Assembly (NCBI RefSeq): GCF_003918875.1
Contig: NW_025766359.1
Coordinates: 806,001 to 870,000 of the forward strand
Source: Haliotis rubra
Taxonomy: Eukaryota
DNA: 64,000 nt
Reading direction: 5' to 3'
Shown: positions 52,626-64,000 of the stretch, one piece after another
Layout of the letters: each line of letters starts with the position of its first letter
Numbering within the stretch: position 1 is the stretch's first letter
Translations under genes and position numbers: made by a program
The notes under the pieces: generated by a model
Told to the model about the DNA's origin: nothing
Seen by the model: only the letters and a program-made list of their open reading frames with translations
The model's database searches: none

Positions 52626-54474
52626 CTGAAGAAACAGGATTTTAATCCATAGCATCAGCTGAACACACACCAGACAGGAAGGGAAGAACGTTGATACTAA
52701 TGTGCGTCACTGACCTCTGAACTTTCTTCAGCATATCCATATATTTATCTATTTTCTGACGTTTATTATACCGTGCAGTCGATTGTTGTTGAGGAATACT
52801 TTCGTGAGGCCTGGAGACTCCATGAATGGGTTAAGCTGACAACACCTTTTTCAAATGCTTCCATCAGGTTATGTAGCCAAGACAAAATATAATAATGTTG
52901 TCACGATGACCTAAATCATATAACTACTGCAGAAATATAAAATCGAATGTCTCGGGCTTATGGTAACAGTGACCGATACAGCCATCAGTATATCATTATA
53001 ACACACAGGTATTTTCTTTCCAAACCATGCTCGCATGCAACTCAAATAGAACCTAATGAAATGCTACGACACAGAATTCCATTTCCCTGAATAAACTGTT
53101 CGTTTATTACCACCTACAACCTTGACCTTTCTGAAATGCTTTAGTTACGATCGTATTCCATCTTACTTTGTGTGGCCTATTTGTGGATTCTCACTCTGCA
53201 CAATCTATTCCGTATCTCCTGTAGATAACATATTTTATGAGCGCATCCTTCAGCAAGAGTTCTCTGCCCTCTTTCCCCACATACCTTGACCACACAACGC
53301 ATTTTACCTAGACACTAAAACCCGTCACACAGACAGCAGTGTTACATCCAGACGTTACGATAAGTGCCTACCCAAACTACATCTGCCTCCGTTGTGACGA
53401 TGCAGAAACTGAACGCTGCATCCACTAACGACATGTAGGACCCTTCCGCACTGTGACCCCGTCATGATTATATGAGGCTGTTTGAATCATGCAGTTACCT
53501 CCCTTAGAAAACGAACATCATCCAGAACTCTCAACTGTCAACTGTGGTATTGTAAACACGTGTTCATAAGTCACTTACTTCAGGTTGCTCGTGAAGCATC
53601 GCAATCGAGTTGTTCATGAAGCATTGTAATCGAGTTGTTTATGAGGCATTGTAATGTTTGTGAAGGTTGCATACTCAGGAAGATCTGAAACTTGATAACA
53701 TCACAGATCTGAAACTTTGTCGTGTATATGTATAAAGCACTGTTTTCGACTTGTTTCCAGAATGGCGTAGGTAGACAGCTATTCAACCAGGTTTTCGCTG
53801 TAACCAAATTGTTTATGATGCTCAGTAAGAAGGTTGTTTTGGCAGTGTGGATAAAGTAATATTGAAAGTATTGATATTTTACATGCGCTTCAGATATTTT
53901 GATACTTGCATCTTGAACAACGCTACAAAGCTTGCTGAAGAACATGTGTTGATGGATGTAAATGATAAAATCATTCAACATATAAAGATTGAAATGGATC
54001 TGGATATAATATTGTAGTAACAATGACAGAACCTTCATTTCATGATGAACGACAGTGACACTGAGTCGTGCTCACGGTGTGCACAAAGTACTTGAAAATC
54101 ATTGTGAAAGAGCACAGCAACAGAAGAGGTTTATTCGTATTCAAGGCCTCGTGGCCAAAAGTACAAAAGTGTATGCACATAATTTATACTCACTTGTGGT
54201 TCTTTGGAAAACTATACTCAGCCTTCAGATGCCAACCATTACATGTGGTGGCGTGTGGACCTGTGCATAGAGCGCAGATTACAAGCCAGGTGAAGTTAAG
54301 CAACGTTGGTCTCGGAGAGTTCGTGGATGGCGGAGAGTTTCTAGGGCTTCTGTGCTCCCCCACACCGAAGCACCTATGGCAAGTGTTTATGATTGCATAT
54401 GTTCAGCCAGCAGAATATATGACTTCTAACACATCACAGGCAGCTTGGGTTATCCAGGATAATAATGTCCATCA

Positions 54475-55000
54475 GCAACCACCCATACAACACTTTACAC
54501 ACGCAAACCATACTACACACACTACCACTACTGACATCAACCTACATACAACACTTTACACACACAAACCATACTACACACACTACTGACAGCAACCTAC
54601 ATACAACACCTTACACACACAAACCATACTACACACACTACTGACAGCAACCTACATACAACACCTTACACACACAAACCATACTACACACACTACTGAC
54701 ACCAACCTACATACAACACCTTACACACACAAACCATACTACACACGCTACTGACACCAACCTACATACAACACCTTACACACACAAACCATACTACACA
54801 CACTACTGACACCAACCTACATACAACACCTTACACACACAAACCATACTACACACATTACTGACATCAACCTACATACAACACCTTAAACACATAAACC
54901 ATACTACACACATTACTGGCATCAACCTACATACAACACTTTACACACACAAACCATACTACACACATTACTGACATCAACCTACACTTTACACACACAA
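54475..55000. repeat. Minisatellite, 55 bp CA-rich unit, about 9 copies
   Basis: ctgac register at 54586, 54641, 54696 and onward; followed by a shorter C-rich repeat to ~55095. Confidence 0.95.
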
Positions 55001-55109
55001 TACTACATATATCACCCTACATACACCACCCTTCACACCCTACTCACCCTACATACACTACCCTTCACACCCTACTCACTCTACATACACCACCCTTTAT
55101 CCAACACTC

Positions 55110-55250
55110 GGGGCGGTGGGGTAGCCTAATGGTTAAAGACCCATGTTCGATTTTCCACATGGGTACAATGTGTGAAGCCCTTTTCTGGTGTCCCCCCCGC
55201 TGTCATATTGCTGGAATATTGCTAAAAGCGGTGTAAAGCCATACTCACTC
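55110..55250 (+). mobile_element. tRNA-derived SINE, family 1 (internally deleted)
   Basis: Same head and tail, anticodon region deleted. Confidence 0.85.
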
Positions 55251-55684
55251 ATCCACCACAACACTTGCACCAACATGTTTGCATCTTCCTGCAGTTGTTC
55301 TATTTTTGAATATATTTCGTCGTTTTCCAAAATATGATAAGCTCTTCCACGCATCCCTGAGCATCCCCAGCCAGTGTTGTGGTTTGTCTATTAAAACTAC
55401 AATGTAGAGATCAACACGGTGGCTTTTTGTGAGGAATGTGGTCTGCTGAGACATGTCCACATTTGTCGTGAACATGTACTTGTCATGTAAAATGCACTTG
55501 TTACTTCCTTGATTCATATTGTTTTTAGTGCCTCTTACGTTCCACTCGTTCCATTTCCACCAGTTTGTTCGGTGTTAATACAGTTGTTGTTGTTAGACTA
55601 TTTGGTTGGATGTGTGCACATTCTAACACATTGATGTATGGCTGCCTTTACAACCTATTAACAGCGAACATGAATATCATGAAC

Positions 55685-56010
55685 TCTGTGTTTATGACAT
55701 GCCTTATTACATCTGTGTTTATGACAAGCCTTATTACATCTGTGTTTATGACATGCCTTATTACATCTGTGTCTATGACATGCCTTATTACATCTGTGTT
55801 TATGACAAGCCTTATTACATCTGTGTTTATGACATGCCTTATTACATCTGTGTTTATGACATGCCTTATTACATCTGTGTTTATGACAAGCCTTGTTACA
55901 TCTGTGTTTATGACATGCCTTATTACATCTGTGTCTATGACATGCCTTATTACATCTGTGTTTATGACATGCCTTATTACATCTGTGTTTATGACATGCT
56001 TTATAACATC
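55685..56010. repeat. Minisatellite, 27 bp unit, about 12 copies
   Basis: tctgtgtttatgacatgccttattaca. Confidence 0.95.
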
Positions 56011-57373
56011 TATGGTGATATCATCTGAGAATAGATATCTGAAGTCGTGTCATCCATAGTCACTAAAATGCTGATGTTTCACGTACGATTACATTTTCTG
56101 TTCAGATATGCATTTGTGCTGGCGGACATGCCACTTTTTGACGAACATTTGACGAAGCTTTTGTCATTACAGGGTTGATAGACATCTCATTTCTGTTTTC
56201 AGTTCATCTATATCACGCACCTTTCATTGTATGTGTCCACTGTTCCCTTCAATATCAGTTGTCCCTCTGACAATACAAGGATCTGGGAATTATATATGCA
56301 AGCCAAGGAAAGAGAGCAAAGCCATTCATATGCAGTGAAATTCTAGCCAGAGAAAAGAACTATGGTACTGAAAACGATTCGTAAATTGGAATAATTATTT
56401 ACGCGGTCGCTTCAGAGGGGATCATTACCGCCAAGCCTACACCATACTGTCATCACATATGACCATTACACTGGAATGCACATCAGCGTTAACGCCAACA
56501 CGACTTCAAAATGATGACAGCTTCTGTCATACAGACAGGACATTGAACAAAGTGGACAAACCATTTCCAGTGTCGAAGTTAGATCAATATTAAGTTGCAA
56601 TGTTGTTATTGTGCATTTACATATCGGAAGGCAAATTTGAATTTGCTACAACCACCTATCAGGTTGATTTCATATATAGATAAATGTGATACAGCGTTAC
56701 CGAATTCTCAGTTCTCTCTATGGCGTGTGACATAATGTCCCTACATGTGTCTAGGCGCCATCTGAGCATATCCTATTTACAAACACGTATTCGTGACCTG
56801 TAGGCCGGTAACGGCAGTGCTGGGCTAGTATTTCAATACCCTAAGGCCAATTATCGACCTGTACCATGAATGCAGGTATTTTGTTTTGTTTGTCTGTTGC
56901 TAGTATACCAACGATCTCATGCTATGGTTGGTCCCAAAAGCAAATGGAGACTGTATGGTTACAAGACTATGTTATATCAGGTGCTGACTTATGTACACTT
57001 TACAAACACTAGCGCTCGAAATAGAGCTTGCTATACTTTGCTAAAATGTATCAACGTTTTGTGTTTCTTGTGTTGGCATTGAAAATACGCAGTTCTTTAT
57101 GATTATGAAATGTGATGGCCTGTTAACTTCGTATTTCGGAAACAAAAAGACAGGTTGATATAATTACCTTTATTTGTGAATCATTACAATCATTTATGAT
57201 ACCGGGCATTATGAAACCGGGCTGTCATGTCTCGAGCTACTAGAAGTTTGTCAGATACCCGAGCTCGTTGGTTTCGCCAAAGTGGTAACCGTTCTGCATC
57301 ACCTGGGGCGTTCCTGCTGCTGTAAGCCTACATGTCGCCATACATCTAGAATTCCGTTAACAGGTAAACCCCA

Positions 57374-57410
57374 ACTCACTCACTCACTCACTCACTCACT
57401 CACTCACTGA
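57374..57410 (+). repeat. (ACTC)n microsatellite, probably an old SINE tail
   Basis: aactcactcactc... preceded by taaacccc. Confidence 0.8.
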
Positions 57411-58799
57411 CACTGTCAGGTTAAACATAAGGAGACATCTCAAAGAGGGGTTATAACAAAAGGAAGGCCAATAATATTCTCGAACTATAATTAAAAGTAT
57501 CGATCACTGCTATGACTAATGACACCAGGCGATACAGGTGATCATGTATTGATTTACTGAAAGTACCAGTCGTGAGGTCCCGGCATAATTAACCTCTCAC
57601 GACGCTCCACGACCATCTTAATGGAGGAAGAGACGAATGAACCAGCGTGTGACGAGGTAAAATTGTATCATATCGCGGTCTCAGATGGAGGAGCGGTGTT
57701 GAGGTAAAAATATCAAACATGTGTTGTCCAGACTCCACTAACTATAGTGTTGTTGCTCCCGCCCAGCCCTTAAAATGTGTCGCGTTATTGCAATGCTAAA
57801 GTGCTTAATGAAGCAAATGTAGAAATTCCAATCTTTCTATGACGCCTTTCCATTTAAACGTACAAACGGATTCTTGCTCCTGTTAAAACTATAGTGAGGT
57901 GTTACTATACAGGTATCGTGCACGATAACGTGGCAATCTGACAGTGATTTATCTCCGGGATAGGGCTAGTGTGAGTCGTGACTTGACCCTGGAACAGCGG
58001 CTAAACAGGTTGGTGGACTTCACCTTCGGGGCGCCAACTGGACGCTGCCGTGTAATTATAGTCATTATTATGTTGTTGTGGATGGGAACTCACTACCGCT
58101 TAGTTTCCGATAGAAACAAATAATCCATTTACATAGACATAGGAAGAATGGAGATTCACAATCTGAATATGAAATTGATGACTTGCTTCATTTGGGACAT
58201 TTCTATTGCTGAAAGGTTTCGCAGAAGGGAACACAATGGTTGTGTGGCTGGGAAACAGTCCGGAGCAGGGAGAGGGAAGCTGACCGGTGGTCAACATCGA
58301 CCTAAATGACTTGTACCAATGTCGCAACAGTTTACATAGATTTAGGAATCTGCTGCTTCACTCTACGTAAATGGGCAGTTTCAAGAGACGTTCGTGGTGA
58401 CACCCGGTGAAGTGATGGGTGTGTTCTTGCTAAGACAAAGTAATATTAACTGTAATAACAGTTTCGTGCTGAAGGGTATTGAAGATATTTAGTGTTCCTC
58501 GGGGAACCGCTTCAAGGGCCTGACATGTGGAGAACTATTTGGTTTGGTGTTGTGTAACATGTTTGTAGCGTGTAGATCAGAGCAATCATCAGCCTGCCTG
58601 TTTACGGAAGTACTTACTAATAATATCAATAGCCATACATGCATACTTAGGGCAGCTGGCGTAAGTGAGAAATTGTGTGACAAATACACACTAGTGAGCT
58701 AAAGATCACAGGGTCGGTGTTCCAGATTCTCCTAGTTTAACTCTCCATTAGCTGGGACAGTCTAGCTCGACGTGCACGTCTCATCTTGTGTATATGGTA

Positions 58800-59172
58800 C
58801 AGTTAATATGTAAAACCTGAAATTGTCAGTGATTATGTATAATGTCTGATTTACTCATTGATTGTATATAATAACTGACATTTTCAGTGATTATACATAA
58901 TCACTGAAACAAAGACTAGAATTTTAGAAGATACTATTGTAGCAAAGAAACTTCTCTACCCTCTACAAAAGTCGAATTCCACATCTTTCTGGATGAAATA
59001 TACTTCAAACTACACAAGTAGTGATTTCAGGGAATATGTCTAAAATACTAGTCTATTGTTGAGTGATTATGTATAATCCCTGAAAATGACAGTGATTATG
59101 TACAATCACTGAGTGAATCAGACATAATGTAATCACTGAAACTTTCAGGGATTATACATTCATAATCCCTGG
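58800..59172. mobile_element. MITE-like long inverted repeat built from palindromic units
   Basis: Arms ~58810-58930 and ~59035-59160 are reverse complements, composed of cagtgattatgtataatcactg-like modules. Confidence 0.7.
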
Positions 59173-59264
59173 GTTTTTTTCATATTCACTGCATCATATA
59201 TTTGAGTACCATCTTCCACCGGCTCGTGATATAACACATTCACTTACGTAACTCAGTGTCAGTG

Positions 59265-59609
59265 GACCGCCCCCGTGGTGTAGTGGTTAGAGCGTCCGCC
59301 CGGAGAGCAGAAGGTCGTGGGCTCGATCCCCGACCGCATCATACCAAAAGACGTTAAAATATGGTACTTGTTGGTCCCTGCCTGGCGCTCGGCATTAATG
59401 GGTACAACAAGGACTGGTCGGCTCGGAGTCAGTATAATGTGTCTGAGTGGGGTATTCCTGCTTCACTGCGGCATTAATCTCAGTGGGCCAGCACTATAAA
59501 ACCAGCTTCAGTCTGGTGTAGTACAAGCAGCCGCACATACACATACACACGCATGCACATCGTCATATGAGCGAAATATTCTCAAACGTTAAACCCAATT
59601 TCACCTCAC
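59265..59609 (+). mobile_element. tRNA-derived SINE, family 2 (MetaSINE-like), full length
   Basis: Homologous to 52087-52437; TSD ctcagtgtcagt. Confidence 0.9.
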
Positions 59610-59952
59610 CTCAGTGTCAGTATCGACATCGAAATCACTTTCAAAATCATAATTCCATATGTACATTCACATGAATAATAAAATACTAAACTCATACGTT
59701 AATAAAACGATAAATATTTTTATTCAAAACACTTAATCACAAGTTGACATGTGGCATGATAAATGTCATGTCGATAAATGTTCGTGAGCGTTGAATATGT
59801 AGACGATATTCATCTTTGGACGAAAGCTGGCTGGCTGGATCGACTGCTCGACAACGAAAACATGGGATATAATCCATAGGCCGTATCACAGGTGGAAACT
59901 GATCGATGGATCATCAATGGACGGAGGAACTGACATGAGCCGGTTGACCCAC

Positions 59953-62146
59953 TTATTGCCGTGCCATCGCCTGTTGTTGGCCTCCACGATCCAGTGCGTC
60001 TACTTCCTGAAAAGGAGATATTTAAAGGTTTTTCTAAAACGAACACATAATTGACAGGTATATAGGGTCAGACAATTTCTTTTTACAGTGTGTTATTTGT
60101 TTTTGATATGCCATTATGTCAAAGAAGATATATTTGATTAGAAAAACAATATATAATTACTATAAAAGTTTATTTAGGTCCTTTTGATGTTTATCTGTAG
60201 TTCGAGAAAAGTAATGCTAAAATGTCTTATTCTAATCTAAGCATGATATCATATATTTCACACATAATAAGTACATATTTTCATTTGACAAATTTAAATC
60301 AGTTTCATTAATATATTCCCCTTATGATATTACTTAAATCAATTTTGGTGTTACCGTAACTCTAATTGTAACAATAAACCTATTTATGTTTCGTTAGGAG
60401 TGTATAACAGAACTCATCAAATAGACTGGGAGATATGTGGGAGATATCCTTAGTCAAAACGAAGGACCATGTCTACTGAAGCACGAGACAAGGGGCAACA
60501 ACAAATTGGAGGTCCATAGCAACCAGTAAACGAATGGTCTTGAAGTGGACGCAGTACTGTTAACGAGTGAAGCCCCGCCTCTACACAAGTATGTGTAAAC
60601 ATGCCAAATAACCGTACCCAACGCCAAGATTACCCTCGCAACCCTACAGCCAATCCTGTTGAACATGCTTGGAGCCCCACCTTACATACCCTACTGTGAG
60701 TGACAATGCACGCTTTCGAATGATGGGAATCCAATAAATTCAACTACCTGCTAAAATGTTACTGCCATAATAGCTTTGATATCAACGTATTTGAAACCAT
60801 GGAACTGATTTGATTCACTCACTTCATTGTTATTTCAATCACTAACTGAATTATTTCGACCAATGACAGCCCAGTTGGTTCGGAACTAACTATGAAGAAT
60901 ATCGTTGTTTCCATACAAAAGATACGACTGTTTTGGGTCTTATTTATATAGTCTTGCTGCTATTTGTTTGTGAAATATGAACAGAGCTCGCTTCAAATTA
61001 TGGTGTGAGAAACAGCTCACATTACTCCCCGCCGTGCTTGTTCCAGTGGCTGGATCAGTGTTTCTCGTATTACAAAGTGCTAACCCTTATGAGCGGAGAC
61101 ACATTCACGTCTCGACGCGGTTTCAGAGGACAGCTGGTTAAATGGTAACTAATTCTCCCCACAGCTGATCATTATAGCTAGGTTGGGGGCGCTATGTACC
61201 TAGCAACCGAACTGTCAGGCAGTTTAGGCAAGACGCTAATGGTGATAATAATGACGGTGATAATAATGATGGTGATAATAATAATGACGATGGCGAATCG
61301 TACCTGAGCTTCCTGTATGAGTGAACAGATTGCACAGATCCAGTGCATGATGCAGTCGTTGCAGAAGCCGCCCTGAAATACAAATGAAGTCATTGACGTC
61401 GACACACTCCCTTGATGACGTGTACACACGTCCCTGTATTTAGTCAGTTGTCAAAAGAAATTAGCATTCCGGTATTTCCATGTCGGGTGAAAACAGTTGT
61501 TGAAGAGGAACAGTGTTTTAGCTCGAAATGTTGGTGTTAGGAACCTTTGTTGTAACTATTGTACATTATAGACATCGCGATGAACAGAAGTGGACAGTTT
61601 GTGAAAGACAAACATAGTGGCGTATTACACTTACGAATTATCGTGAAAGTGAGATCCTAAAACACTGTATTAGTTAAGAGGTAATAATACAAAATATTCA
61701 CAGAGGAACTAATGATCACGCATCTTTATCGTACGAGTATTTCTCTCGAGATCACTTCATTGAAAAACACGTTCGCAAATCGTTTCTTCTATATTGGTAT
61801 CTGATTTATGACATGCTATAGTACATAAAGTGAATTATCATGGAACATCACATCAACAACGCGTGCTTCTGTGAAGTGCTAAAGTGTACCAGTACACGCA
61901 TACAACCTTTACAAAGGTGATTTTCAACTTTACCTCGATTCCTTTGGTTTCCCTCAGTTTGCCCCTTGTTTTGGCTCTGGTGTAGATTCCAATCGGTCCC
62001 AAGATGCTTAAACATCCATAGGTGCAACAGCTGTCACCAGTTTTCTCTGCAACCTTGCCTGCAGTGTAGCAGGGTGCAAAATAGGTTATTATGCATAATC
62101 CGCAGTCATTGAAGCAGCCAAAGAGACCGTTTGACCACTCGCCCAT
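59953..62146 (-). CDS. PLAC8 / cornifelin family cysteine-rich protein, 111 aa
   Basis: Exons 62146-61934, 61372-61304, 60006-59953 (phase 0, GT-AG). MGEWSNGLFGCFNDCGLC..FAPC, R.KLRE..GIEGGFCNDCIMHWICAICSLIQE match the PLAC8 domain. AATAAA on the minus strand at 59724-59719. Confidence 0.92.
61236..61292. repeat. Degenerate (ATA/ATG)n repeat in a PLAC8 intron
   Basis: gataataatgacggtgataataatgatggtgataataataatg. Confidence 0.8.
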
Positions 62147-63657
62147 ATTGATGATGCTTTAGACGTCCTACCCCAGCCAGGTATGTCTGAATGTTGTGCA
62201 TGCACAAGGTAATATACGCCCGCCTGGCGTGACAATGCCGTTGCTAGTGGTGATTGTCAAACAAAATATTACCAACGATTGGGTGTTAAGGACAGAGTGA
62301 CATTAACTAATAGGTGTTCTTCCACAGCTGCAGGTTCAGATCCTTATTAGAACAAGACGTCATTAACCTTTCATTGGCACACATGTAGCTATCAGCCTCA
62401 CCCAACGTACTCAAACAAACATAATTTAAATCTCTTATGTGTTAAACAGATTAATGGAAGCGAGGTTAACGTGGTAATAAAGGGCCAGGTATCGACAACC
62501 ATGGTTATTTATCACTATGTTATATTGTACAGGGAATCTCAGATTCGAACCTACGACCATATAGTTCACTGACACGCCTGGGGGATGCGATCACGGTGTT
62601 TTTGACGACATTAGCGCCACAAAGAAATTTTGAAATTATGAATGTAATTTAACAGTTGCCACAATGTTTTCGATATATATTCTACGGTAGGTTAAAACAT
62701 AGACAAGAACACTGTTGACATATTTTATTTGACAAACACATTGTGATGAGACCCGATCGTGTGTTTGTGTAATCACACTGTATGCTCAGGAATACAACAG
62801 TATTGACGCTTGTCATACAAACAGTGGCCTACAACGGTGTCAGTTTGAGGTAGGCCCTAACTTTTCGACTTTCCAGTGTGAGTGTTGTGTCTGGGATATA
62901 TTGTGTTACAAGAGAGATAACACGAACTGATCTCGTGACTATCGTTAACGTTGCTGTGAAAGTACCGATAAGCAAAAGTCAGGAATTGATATCCATTATC
63001 AGACAGGACATGGGTAAAGCGGCTTATGTTGGAGGTTGAATGCATGACATTGGCATGTGTGTCTGGAGGGGCGTTAACACTCGGGCTGGGGTCATGTGTG
63101 ACCTATCTTGCAGAATTGTGTCACCTGTATCAAGAATTCTCCAGTAGTCTCTTTCATACATTTCATAAGGCCTCACTTTCTGCTGGTTTATGGGCATGTT
63201 CAGAATGTACTAACGAAAACGCTTATTTTCTATTCATATTGTTATGATTTAAAAAGGCCCAGATTCGAGCAAGTTATTTAAACATGTTGGTTTTGCAGTT
63301 GCAACTGTTGGTCATTGAGTGTTTATCTGTCGTAGGGAGCACATTGGGATATATTCTATGGCAAAGATGAAGTTTATGACTCGCCGGTAAGACAATACCT
63401 CTGAACTGAAAAGCATGATAATGTTTGCTTCCTTACTTTCTTACGGTCATGACAGAAAAATCACACTTCTATTTGCAAATATCACACTTTTTCATTACAT
63501 GCGCTGTCTGCATTCAGAGGCGGAATGATTCGCCAGGTTCTTCAAGTAGTTGAAAGGGGCGACAAAAACTGACTGCCAAAGTGTGGACATTGAATGATGG
63601 AGTTGCCTCGCCTCCCTGACAATGTCCGTGTCTGTCACATATGTAAATCACAGTATG

Positions 63658-63810
63658 TTTGTGAGTGAATGTCGTCTCACGCCGCGTGATATAAAGGCAA
63701 AATCGCAGCGAGGGGCACTCGAGGTGGGCTTCACACAGGGTACCCATGTGGGCAATCGAACCCGGGTAATAACCAGCAGTTTTACCATTTGCTGTAGGCT
63801 ATCTCCCCGG
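63658..63810 (-). mobile_element. Old degenerate family 1 SINE
   Basis: gggcttcacacagggtacccatgtgggcaatcgaacccggg...taggcta. Confidence 0.65.
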
Positions 63811-64000
63811 AGACAGAGAAAGGAAATCCATGTGGAATATTTTAGTTCATTAAATTAGTTACGTGTGATTAACTATTTAACTGTGAAGGCATTACAAGGA
63901 CAGACACGCTAATCTCTCTTTGTGTAGACGAGCCCACTGGGAGTGAACTAGCAAGGCTGATACCGCCACAGATCAGCAATCTGGCACATACCCCAGATCT

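Noticed and set aside
53580-53582. TGA before the donor read as selenocysteine or readthrough
   Set aside because: Not conserved in frame in copy 1, no SECIS identified, and no family precedent known to me.
55685-56010. CRISPR-like regular repeats (also 51631-52066, 54475-55000)
   Set aside because: Head-to-tail units with no unique spacers, no cas genes, eukaryotic context.

Overview
Eukaryotic, intron-rich, repeat-dense DNA, not prokaryotic. The SINE and repeat repertoire suggests a gastropod mollusc such as abalone (inference only). All genes I can support lie on the minus strand. (1) A tandem cluster of microsomal short-chain dehydrogenase/reductases (SDR9C; RDH16/HSD17B6/DHRS9-like): two complete 4-coding-exon genes (7236-12773, 24109-27011), one truncated frameshifted 5' copy (~15972-16238), and the probable non-coding first exon of a further copy lying left of the window. 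(2) A tandem duplication of SUGCT (class III CoA-transferase), 11 identifiable coding exons per copy (33030-38473, 45647-52625), start codon unresolved. (3) A 3-exon PLAC8/cornifelin-family gene (59953-62146). The rest is MULE, mariner, Gmr1-type Gypsy and LINE relics, three SINE families, a Helentron-like non-autonomous element, foldback/MITE elements, minisatellites and a 305-nt assembly gap. I found no convincing wholly new biological system. The best leads are patchwork homogenisation between SDR paralogs, the SUGCT duplicate with a GT>GC donor change, intron growth by copying of exon boundaries, and a foldback element carrying an L1/Tx1 fragment.
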